Assembly (NCBI RefSeq): GCF_001642725.1
Contig: NZ_LSUQ01000031.1
Span: forward strand, 1-32,855
DNA: 32,855 nucleotides
Source of the DNA: Ferroacidibacillus organovorans
GTDB taxonomy: Bacteria; Bacillota; Bacilli; Alicyclobacillales; SLC66
Direction: 5' to 3'
Shown: positions 22,066 through 31,700 of the stretch, in pieces
How the letters are laid out: every line of letters starts with the position of its first letter
Position numbering within the stretch: position 1 is the first letter of the stretch
Program-made: the position numbers and the translations under genes
The notes under the pieces: model-generated
Told to the model about the DNA's origin: nothing
Databases searched by the model: none
What the model saw: the letters and a program-made list of their open reading frames with translations, nothing else

Positions 22066-23667
22066 CTACGCGCGATTGCGCGTAGCGACGGGGCCGCCTA
22101 GCAGGATCGAAGGATCAATGCCTTGCTCGGTGAATTTTTTGAAGTTCGCTTCAAATTGCGCGGCGAGTTCGCGCGCGGCGGCGTCATACGCGACGGGATC
22201 GGACCACGTTTGGCGCGGTTGCAATAGCCCACTTGGAATGCCGTCGATTTCGGTTGGAATGGCGAGGCCGAACACGGGATCTGTTGCAAATTCGGCGTGG
22301 TCGAGTTCGCCGCGCAGCGCCGCATTGACCATCGCGCGCGTATACGCGAGTTTCATGCGCGATCCGACACCGTACGGACCACCGCTCCATCCCGTGTTTA
22401 CGAGGAAAACGGAGGTTTGGTGTTGTACGATGCGCTCTCCGAGCATGGTTGCATACGTTTTCGGGTGGAGCGGTAAAAAGGGACCGCCAAAGCACGCGGA
22501 GAAGGTCGGCTCAGGCTGTGTCACGCCGCGCTCGGTTCCGGCGAGCTTGCTTGTGTAGCCGGAGAGAAAGTGGTACATCGCCTGTTCCTTGGTGAGCTTT
22601 GCGATCGGCGGCAGAACGCCTGACGCATCGGCGGTCAGAAAGACGATCGTGCGCGGGTGGTTGCCGACGCCTTCTAAATGAGCGCCCGGGATGTACTCGA
22701 CGGGATACGCGGCGCGGGTATTCTCGGTAAGCTCTGACGAATCATAATCGGGCTCGCGCGTTTGCGGATCGACCACCACGTTTTCGAGTACGGTGCCAAA
22801 GCGGATGGCGCTGAAGATCTGCGGTTCAAGCTGTGGGTTTAGGTTGATGCATTTTGCATAGCAGCCGCCCTCAAAGTTGAAGACGCCGCGTGCGGACCAG
22901 CCATGTTCGTCATCGCCGATGAGCAGGCGCTCGGGGTCTGCCGAGAGGGTGGTTTTTCCGGTGCCGGAGAGGCCGAAGAAAAGGGCGACGCGGCCGTCTT
23001 CTGTGGTATTTGCGGAACAGTGCATCGGCAAGATGTTTTGCGCTGGCAGCGTGAAATTGAGTGCGGTGAAGATCGACTTTTTCATTTCACCCGCGTATTC
23101 GGTGCCGAGAATGAGCACGATGCGGTGTTTGAAGGAGATTGCCACGCACGTCTCGGAATTTGTACCGTCGCGTGTTGGATCCGCTTTCAATGTGGGGATG
23201 TCAATGACGGTGAAACCGGGTGTGTGCGTGCTCGCTTCATCGGCGGATGGGCGGATAAAGAGCTGTTTTGCAAACAAATTGTGCCAAGCGTATTCGGTCA
23301 CGACGCGAATCGGCATCCGCACGGCCGGATCGGCTCCGGCAAAGCCGTCGAAGACGTAGGACGGGTTTGTGGCGAGAAAGCTTAGCGCTTGGTTGTAGAG
23401 GCGCAAGAAGGTAGACTCGGACAGTCTCTGATTGACAGCGCCCCAGTGCACGATTTTCTCCGTGGTTTCATCGACGACGACATACTTGTCTTTGGGGGAG
23501 CGTCCGGTAAATTTTCCAGTCGTCGCGCGAAGTGCGCCATCTTTTGTTACAATCGCTTCATTGCGGCGAATCGCGTGTTCGGTAAGTTCGGCGACGGACA
23601 GATTGAAGTAGGATAGAGAGGCGTTGAGGGTTGACGTGAGTCGATCGGTGATCAGAGAATCGATCAT
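22066..23667 (-). CDS. pckA: Phosphoenolpyruvate carboxykinase (ATP)
   Basis: [17 protein letters not shown]-loop [32 protein letters not shown] and TENTRAAYP motifs; SD AAGGAGG. Confidence 0.98.
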   Translation of the reverse strand: MIDSLITDRLTSTLNASLSYFNLSVAELTEHAIRRNEAIVTKDGALRATTGKFTGRSPKDKYVVVDETTEKIVHWGAVNQRLSESTFLRLYNQALSFLATNPSYVFDGFAGADPAVRMPIRVVTEYAWHNLFAKQLFIRPSADEASTHTPGFTVIDIPTLKADPTRDGTNSETCVAISFKHRIVLILGTEYAGEMKKSIFTALNFTLPAQNILPMHCSANTTEDGRVALFFGLSGTGKTTLSADPERLLIGDDEHGWSARGVFNFEGGCYAKCINLNPQLEPQIFSAIRFGTVLENVVVDPQTREPDYDSSELTENTRAAYPVEYIPGAHLEGVGNHPRTIVFLTADASGVLPPIAKLTKEQAMYHFLSGYTSKLAGTERGVTQPEPTFSACFGGPFLPLHPKTYATMLGERIVQHQTSVFLVNTGWSGGPYGVGSRMKLAYTRAMVNAALRGELDHAEFATDPVFGLAIPTEIDGIPSGLLQPRQTWSDPVAYDAAARELAAQFEANFKKFTEQGIDPSILLGGPVATRNRA

Positions 23668-23872
23668 GGTGAACCTCCTTTAAGGATGCAAGGGTGGGAT
23701 AACTAGAGATACCAAGCGTGGACTGTGCTGTGCGTTTTGTTCAAGGAGTTTCGGAAGGATAAAAGACGCATGGGTATTTCATGGTTTGATGGTCGTCCAT
23801 GCATAGGCGGTGCTTGATGGATGTTCTCTTGTGGCTATAACGTATACTAAAACGCGTTATTGTGCAACATAT

Positions 23873-23902
23873 TTGGCCGAAATGACGCAAATATGACATA
23901 CT
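23873..23902 (+). promoter_or_regulatory. Candidate dedicated promoter of smpB
   Basis: TTGGCC-18 bp-CATACT with extended TG (23894-23895). A promoter is needed here because pckA separates smpB from rnr. Confidence 0.5.
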
Positions 23903-23918
23903 AATGGTGGTGATTACG

Positions 23919-24410
23919 ATGGCATCCTTACATGATACAGGAAAAGAACGTGGTGGAGAAAAGGTGGTCGCCCAGAATAAAAAGGCGACGCACGATTATT
24001 TTATTGAAGATACGTTTGAGGCGGGGATCGCGCTGACCGGCACGGAGATCAAATCCATCCGCGCCGGAAAAGCAAATTTGCGCGACAGTTATGCGCGCGT
24101 CGAACACGGGGAAGTCTATCTTCATAACCTGCACATCAGTCCCTATGAGGCGGGCAATCGCTTCAACCACGACCCGATGAGGACGCGCAAGCTTTTGCTG
24201 CGGCGGGCGGAGATTCGCAAGCTGATTGGCGCGACGCGCGAGTCCGGATACTCATTAGTGCCGCTCAAGATGTACCTGCGCGGCGGGTTCTGCAAGGTGC
24301 ATCTGGCGCTTGCGAAGGGCAAGAAAAACTATGACAAGCGGCACGCGATCGCGGAGCGAGACGCGAAGCGCGACTTGGCGCGGGAGTTTCGCGAGCGGCA
24401 GAAGGGTTGA
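23919..24410 (+). CDS. smpB: SsrA-binding protein
   Basis: [29 protein letters not shown] and [11 protein letters not shown] motifs; upstream of tmRNA. ATG 23919 preferred over 23904. Confidence 0.98.
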   Translation: MASLHDTGKERGGEKVVAQNKKATHDYFIEDTFEAGIALTGTEIKSIRAGKANLRDSYARVEHGEVYLHNLHISPYEAGNRFNHDPMRTRKLLLRRAEIRKLIGATRESGYSLVPLKMYLRGGFCKVHLALAKGKKNYDKRHAIAERDAKRDLAREFRERQKG

Positions 24411-24442
24411 GCGAGCGGCAGAAGGGTTGAGCGAGCGGCAGA
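24391..24442 (+). repeat. Tandem direct repeat, 20-bp unit x 2.6, spanning the smpB stop codon
   Basis: GCGAGCGGCAGAAGGGTTGA at 24391 and 24411, plus partial GCGAGCGGCAGA at 24431. Confidence 0.95.
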
Positions 24443-24590
24443 GCGCGGATCTACACAGAGCAGCATGACAATTGGCGTTGGACTTGGAAGGTGCGCATCT
24501 TTTGAAAATCACGTTTGCATGCGATGATGATGCGGAGCATGTAGGTTGAAATCATGCGCACGTTGCTGAAGTCATGAAAAAATTGGTTCT

Positions 24591-24618
24591 TTGCTTGCTG
24601 TTCCGTGTGTGGTAGTAT
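24591..24618 (+). promoter_or_regulatory. Candidate SigA promoter of ssrA
   Basis: TTGCTT-16 bp-TAGTAT with extended TG, about 40 nt before the tmRNA 5' end. Confidence 0.5.
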
Positions 24619-24659
24619 AAATGATGCGCTCAAAACGCGAATTGATGAAACACTCCCAT

Positions 24660-25037
24660 GGGGGCGTTCTGGATTCGACGGGGATTGTTCGAGCATGAGC
24701 GGCGGGTCGTGGGGCTGCGGCCACGTTAATCACGCGGACCTAAATACAAACGCAAAAACACAACGCAACACCTTCACAAGCAGTAACCTCGCTCTCGCTG
24801 CCTAATAAGCCTTGAGTGACGTCTTTATTTCCTTCTCCCATGGGGATGTAGAGGCGCTACCTTAGTGGGATAGTCGGGGCGGTTGCTCGTGCGCCACCGA
24901 TGAATCAAAACGCGAGCTAGCCGTCACGTGAGCGCGTCGCTGCGCGCATGCGACGGTGAATCTTAAATCGGCGACTACACCCGTAGATGTGATTGTAGCG
25001 AGGTCTTCGGACAGGGGTTCGACTCCCCTCGCCTCCA
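24660..25037 (+). ncRNA. ssrA: tmRNA; tag peptide AKTQRNTFTSSNLALAA (24752-24805); 3' CCA not encoded
   Basis: 5' GGGGGCGTTCTGGATTCGAC pairs with 3' GGGTTCGACTCCCCTCGCCTCCA; internal ORF ends LALAA-stop; downstream of smpB. Confidence 0.97.
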
Positions 25038-25067
25038 TTAAAAAACCCGCGAAAAACCATCGTGACG

Positions 25068-25100
25068 AAACCCAGCTTGCCTTGCGGCGGCTGGGTTTTT
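25068..25100 (+). terminator. Intrinsic terminator of ssrA
   Basis: AAACCCAGC...GCTGGGTTTTT. Confidence 0.8.
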
Positions 25101-25641
25101 CGTCGTGCTGGCGGGCATAGACGCAAGCTGGAAGTCTGGGTATAGTTGGGAGTGAGCGATTTCCAGTTGCTTGTTGCCGTTTCGGGCAGTTATTCGACAG
25201 AAGTCATCGGTTCTAACCGCTTGAGAGTAACAAGGATCGGGTAGAGTATCGAAAGTCTACGAAAGTGTCCCGTATTGTGAAGGAGCCCTTATCCGGTTCC
25301 CGCGTGTACGGCGAAAGCGATCGTGAGTGAGGTGGTCCTCAACTTCTGTAAAGGTGAGTTCCGATTTCTCGACTTCTCTGGATTATCAACCCCAAACGTC
25401 GTCACCGTATTGAAGTGACTCTGCCCCCTCATGGTTCTCTGTTTATACCCTGTTGAGAAATAAATTCGCCGACTCGATTTCCCTGGATCCATGTTAGTAC
25501 GAAAACCCAGTATATTTTTTGAATGGCATCCGGAACGAGAAACCTTTTTATATTTATTAGCAGTCTCCATGTATCTTTTCCTTGGAAACTCTTAATCGGT
25601 AGATGGCTACAGGGGCCGCGAGAGCGTGGGATCTCTTAAAT

Positions 25642-25659
25642 TATAGTAATTGTACTATA
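25642..25659. promoter_or_regulatory. Palindromic candidate operator upstream of the Rhs gene
   Basis: TATAGTA-ATTG-TACTATA perfect 7-4-7 inverted repeat, 100 bp upstream of the start codon in AT-rich DNA. Confidence 0.4.
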
Positions 25660-25758
25660 TTACTAAGCATTCTTCCATAAACTGATTCATGACATCGGAT
25701 GCGGCAGTCTATATGATCAGTTCCTGGGTATATACGTTTCCTTAAAGGGGCTAGATCA

Positions 25759-28700
25759 TTGAAATCCTCAGTTGTAAAGTTTTCAAAGCACACGAAGGGC
25801 TTTAGGCGCTATCTTCTCGCCATAGCCAGCGCCGTCTTGTTCTTGTCACCGACCGCGTCTGCTTTGGCTGCTACTGTACCCATTGTGGGTCACGATTGGC
25901 AAGCCAATCTACGTGCAGGTCCTCCGTCTGCCTCGGTCGAACTGATGCAGTACCGCACGTCTCGATCCCAGACGTTTCTGAATCCCAACGATAGTTTTAC
26001 AACCAAATTATATCCCATACCTGTCTTCTATCGCGATGCGTCCGGTCACTGGCAGCCCATCAACAATTCGTTAACACCGAACAATGCGTCCAAATTCACC
26101 AATCAAGCAGGTCCCTTGCATGCCACGTTTCCGCAGACGTTGGCCAACGGCGCCGCGATTGCGGTGTCACCGGGTGGCAACCCGAACGAATTCGAAATGT
26201 CCCTGATCGGGGAGACCGAGACGGCGCCCGCAACGGTCAAGGGGAACTCGATATCCTATCCGAATGTGCACCCCGGCGTTGATCTCTCTTACGCGATGCA
26301 AGCAGACCATGTGAAGGAATCAATCATCCTGCACAGTGCCACGGCACCCACCACATTCTCCTTTCTTCTGCACGCGCCAGGCATCACATTCAGCCAGTTG
26401 CAGGACGGCTCCATCGTGGGCAAGAACGCACAAGGCAACAGCCTGTACACGATCCCGGCGCCCTTTATGACCGACGCCCATGGCGCGATGTCGAAGGCCG
26501 TCACATCTGCGCTGTCGACCAACAGCCGGGGAGACACCGTACTGACCGTGTCTGCGAATGCCACGTGGCTGGCAGATCCCGCGCGCGCCTATCCCGTGAC
26601 GATCGATCCGTCCGTCAGTGTCACTCCGATCGGTTCGAACGTCATGAACTCCTCCATCGCCTCTGGGTATCCAACCGCCTCGTATGACTCAGACTCCCAT
26701 CTCTACGTCGGTTATGCATTCGGCTATGACATCCTGCGCGGACTGGTTGAGTTTCAGGATCTGCCGAATCTCCTCGCTGGCGGTACGTCTGCCACGATCA
26801 CCAACGCGTCGCTCTATCTGTATCAGGATTCGGCCAGTACGGGCGGATTGGCGGTGCAAGTCTTGCCGATCACGCAATCGTGGCAGCCAAGTTCCGTGTC
26901 GTACAACCAACAACCCAGCGTCGGCAGTGTTCTGGATACCGAGTCGCAGGCGACATCAGACGTGAGTTCCTCATCTCCGTATGTAGGTGATTGGGTCTTC
27001 AATGTCACCTCTGCGATCCAAAGCGAGTATGCGGATCAAAGCCCGAACTTCGGTTTGGAACTGCGCGCGCAAAATGAATCGAGCGCCACAACGGACGCCT
27101 GGTTCGCCTCTGGATACAACGCCACGGAGCCGTTACCTTCTCTGAACATCACCTATACGGTCAACCCCGTCGGCAGCGATGCGGCCTGGATGCATTCGTC
27201 CGACGGCGTGAACTATGCCGGTGGGAACCTTTCGCTTCCCTTTGTCGATCTGAATACGCCAGGCCGCGGTCCCGAGGTGAGCATCACCCGGACGTTTAAC
27301 TCGAAGAATCTCAGTGTCAATGAGGGGTTTGGCAACGGCTGGTCAAGCAACGTTCTGATGCACCTCAACGTCAGTTCCCTTCCGGGTCCGATTCTCTTTA
27401 CCGACGCGACCGGCGCGGTGCATGTGCTCGCACCTACAGGCGTCAATACCTGGGCGGATGCAGGTTCCGAGCATGAAACACTGACCCAAAACAGCAATGG
27501 CACGTTTACACTGTCTCAGCTCGACGGCATGACGCTGCAGTTCACGAGCATGGGTCAACTGTCGGCGATACAGCAAGAAGAACAAAACGGCTCCACACAG
27601 TCCGTCACATTCGGGTACACCGGGAATCAGTTGTCAACGATCACGGACGCATCCGGACGGATTTGGCACGTCACGTACAACAGTAGTGGCCTGATCAGTC
27701 AGATCACCGATCCTAGCTCACGGACGGCCACATACAGCTACGATGCAAGCGGCAATCTGACGAGCGCCGTGACATCTCCCGCGAGCGGCACCACCGGAGA
27801 TGTCACGTCGACCACGAGTTATGCCTACAGTTCCACCAATCCCGAACTGACCGTCACAGACCCGGACGGCAATCAGACGACCTACGACTGGAACAGCAGC
27901 GGCGTCGTGTCGTCCGTCTCCCGCACGGTGGAAGGCACGACGGCCACAACCTCCTACGCTTGGGGCACGGTGCCGAGCGGCCAAACCGACGCTGGTGACG
28001 AGGAGGTTACCGTGACGGATCCCGTGGGCCATACGTCAGAATACGTGACCAACGCCGATGGCAACGTCGTGGAGACGATCGTCAATCCGGGCGGGTCCCC
28101 ATCGTACACGACGTCCTACACCTGGGATGGGAATAACGATCACACCGGAATCACCGACCCAAACGGCCACTCCGTCCAGGCGCTTTACAACAGCAACGGT
28201 GACCTCACGCAGTTCACGGATGCGCGAGGCGTCACGTCCAATTACGCGTATGGTAGCCTGGACAACGCCAAAGGCGCAAACAACAGTAACGGCGCGACGA
28301 CGCACGCGGCGTACAATGGCACCTTGGTGACCGACGGCATCGACGCGGCTGGTAATGACACGATGGTGACCTATGGCCAAAATGGCAACCCGACGGCCGT
28401 AACTGCCCCGGAAGGTCTGGGCAACAACCTGATCCCCAACAGCGACTTCGCCTTGGTCGATCCCACCACGAGTTTGCCGATGGACTGGGAGAACGCCACA
28501 TCGGGCGTGACGGTGGACACGAATGCGGCGGACGCCATTCGCGGATCCACGAGCCTCGAGATCAACGCGACGACGGCGGCATCGGACCGGATGAGCCAAT
28601 CCATCGCGGTCACGGCCGGCGAGACGTACAATCTGTCTGCGTACATTCGCACGAGCGGCGTCACGAATGACCAAAGCGGCTACGGGGCGGGCATTAGCGC

Positions 28701-31700
28701 GTTTTGGCTCAACAGTTCCGGCGCGCTCGTCTCCGCCCAGTACGCGATCATGAACAACACCGGCACGGTCGACTGGACGCGAAAATACGCCGAGCTCACA
28801 GCGCCCGCCGGGGCGACACAGCTTCAACTTTCCGGCGCCCTCTATGGGGCGGGGATCGTATGGTTTGATGGGATGCAGCTCGAACCGGTCGCGTCTTCGC
28901 CGAATCTCCTGCTCAACACATCCTTTGTAGACAACCCGAGCGGATCTGTTATGCCAGAAAACTGGGATACGAGTACACTACGAGCCAGCAGCGACGGTCT
29001 GGATCTTTCGAATGAGGATAACGGCTTCCCATCACTTTTGGTCAACGGCGATGGCGCCGCCAAGTCGTTTTCGCAAACCATCAACGCGCCACAGTACGCG
29101 ATCGGCGGATTCTTGCTTTCCGGCTCATCGAAGCAAAGCGGCGCTACGGCCAATTACACGGTCACGGCGACGGTGACGTATACGGATACCACCACCTCGT
29201 CGATGTCCTTGACATTCTCAGATACGGCCAGCGGTTGGCAGACGCAGTCCGTCCCCGTGCCGGTCACGAGCGGTAAGACCATCCAGAGTGTCACGGTCAC
29301 CGGAGATTTCAGCAATGAAAGTACCGGTAGTCAGGCGTGGTTTAACGACATAAAGCTACGCGTTTTGCCCCAATTGTCTTCGTTCAGCGCCTATAACTTC
29401 GTGCAAAATCCGGGCTTTGCATTCAATTATCAGGGCGGGACGCTTCCGGACGATTGGAAGGATCTACAGACAGGAACCGGCACGCCGTCCTGGTCGCAAA
29501 CGGAGTCCTATGATGCACAAGGCCATTCGCTTGAAATCCACCCAGGTACCAGTGGCTCGACGGAGGAAGTAGCCAACGACGGGCTCGCACCGTATAAATC
29601 CTACGCGCACTATGCCGCAGATGGCTATATCCACACGGAGGGGCTCGCTTCCGACTCGGCGTATATCGCCCTTCAGGCGCTCAGCAGTAGCGGGGGCGTG
29701 CTGGCGACGTATCCCTCGGGCAAAGTGGGCCACTCGCAGGCCAACAGCCAGGGGAATGTTCCCTGGACGCACGTGATCGTGGACGTTCCCGCTGCGCAGT
29801 TGCCAAATGGGACGGTAAGTGTTCGCGTGGTGCTCTGCCAGGATGCGGACGTGAGCGGCGGATCGGGCAATGGCAACAGCTATTTTGATGACATTCGGCT
29901 CTCGTCGTGGGATTTGAGCACGCACTACGCCTACGACAGCGCGGATAACTACGTCACGTCTGTCACGGACCCAAATGGCAACACGACGACGTTCACGCCA
30001 AACGCCAACACCGGCTTTGATACATCGGTCACGGACCCACTGGGCAACCAGACGACGTACACGAGCAACAAATTTGACGAGACGACCGGCACCACATTAC
30101 CGACGGGTGCCACCTTCTCGTACGGCTACGACGCGAATGGCAACCTGACGAGCGTGAGCGACCCGAACGGGCATGCCGTGCAGTACGGGTACAACGCGCT
30201 CAGCCAGGTGACCCAGTACACGGAGACGGTGGGTGGCACCGCGCTGACGACGGGCTTCCATCACAACGGCGACGGCCAGATGACGGAGATCGACAACCCG
30301 AACACGACGTCGACCACCTTTGGCTACAACGCGGCAGGCCAACTGGACAGCACGTCGTACTACAATTCGGCGGGGCTGGCGGATCAGTGGGGCTTTTCCT
30401 ACGACGGGGTGGGCAACCTGACGCAGATGCAGGAGAACACGGCCACTTCTCCAACGACGTATGGCTATGATCCGAACAACCACTTGACGAGCGTCAGCGA
30501 ACCGGTGAGCGGAGGCGGCGCTGATACGCAGCAGTGGACACTCGACCCAAGCGGGAACCCGACGAGTATCCATTACCAACTCGGTTCCAGTACGGGGCCT
30601 AGCTGGACGCTCAGCAACGCGTACGACATCGCGAGTCGCCTGACCAGCCTGCAGGACGGAAATAGAACGCAGAGCTTCGAGTACGATGATCATGGCAATG
30701 TGGTCAAGATCACGGATGAGCCGACGGGTGAGGCGCAGTACGCGCAATCCGAGTCCTTCACGTACGATCCGGCAGATCACATTTCGCACGTCGTGTCTCT
30801 GGTCAGCAACACGGATCTGTCGTACACGGATGACGCTGATGGCCGCGTGACGAAGATCACGAACAACCTCACGGGAGCCTCGGTCACCTTCACCTACAAT
30901 GCCATCGGTGAGTTGACGCAGGAGACGACATGGGATGGGCGGACCATTACCTATGGCTATGACAGCGATGGGAACCGGACGTCCATGTCGGTTACGCAAA
31001 ATGGAACGACCACCACAACGAACTACGGCTATGATCCTGAGCAAAACCGGCTGACCTCGATCACCACAGGCAGCAACGCGGCGCAGTCCGTCACGTATGA
31101 CAATGCAGGCAACACGTTGTCCGACGGGACGAACACCTACACGTGGAATGCGGCCAACGAACTGGCGAGTGTTACACATGCCGCAACAACGTATAATTAT
31201 ACGTACGATGGCTTGGGCCGCCGCGTGACGGCTTATGGGTACACGTATCACTACAACGGGCTGTCTGATCAGATCGCGTACATCACGGACGCAAACAACA
31301 ACCTGGTGGCTCGATTCTCGTATGGGGCCAATGGCCTCCCAGCCTACATGACGATGGTCAGCGGCGGTTCGACCTACGTGTATCGGTATATCTACGATGG
31401 CCAGGGCGATGTGATCGGGCTGGTGGACGTTACGACGGGAAGCGCTACGGTGGGGCAAGAGGTTGTGACTTACGGCTACGACGCCTGGGGCAACGAGATC
31501 CCGTCGCTGACCACCGACACGTCGGGGACCAACGCGGGGACAATCAACCCGTTTACGTACCGGGGCTATGTGTACGACTCGCAGACGGGGTTATACTACC
31601 TGAATGCGCGGTATTATAATCCTGTGACAGGGCGGTTTTTGAGCGAGGATCCGATTGGGCCAAATGCGTCTGCAGTCTTGAGTTACAATGAATACGTGTA

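Noticed and set aside
24391..24442. 20-bp repeats as a CRISPR array
   Set aside because: Copies are head-to-tail with no spacers and no cas genes.
24605..24805. 66-aa ORF ending LALAA
   Set aside because: It is the tmRNA tag reading frame extended upstream, not an independent gene.
25289..25570. 93-aa minus-strand ORF after tmRNA as a possible integrase or excisionase remnant
   Set aside because: No tyrosine or serine recombinase or HTH motif recognisable.
30097..31458. 453-aa antisense ORF inside the Rhs gene (also 28036-28827)
   Set aside because: Mirror-frame product of repetitive Thr/Asp/Tyr codons in YD repeats.
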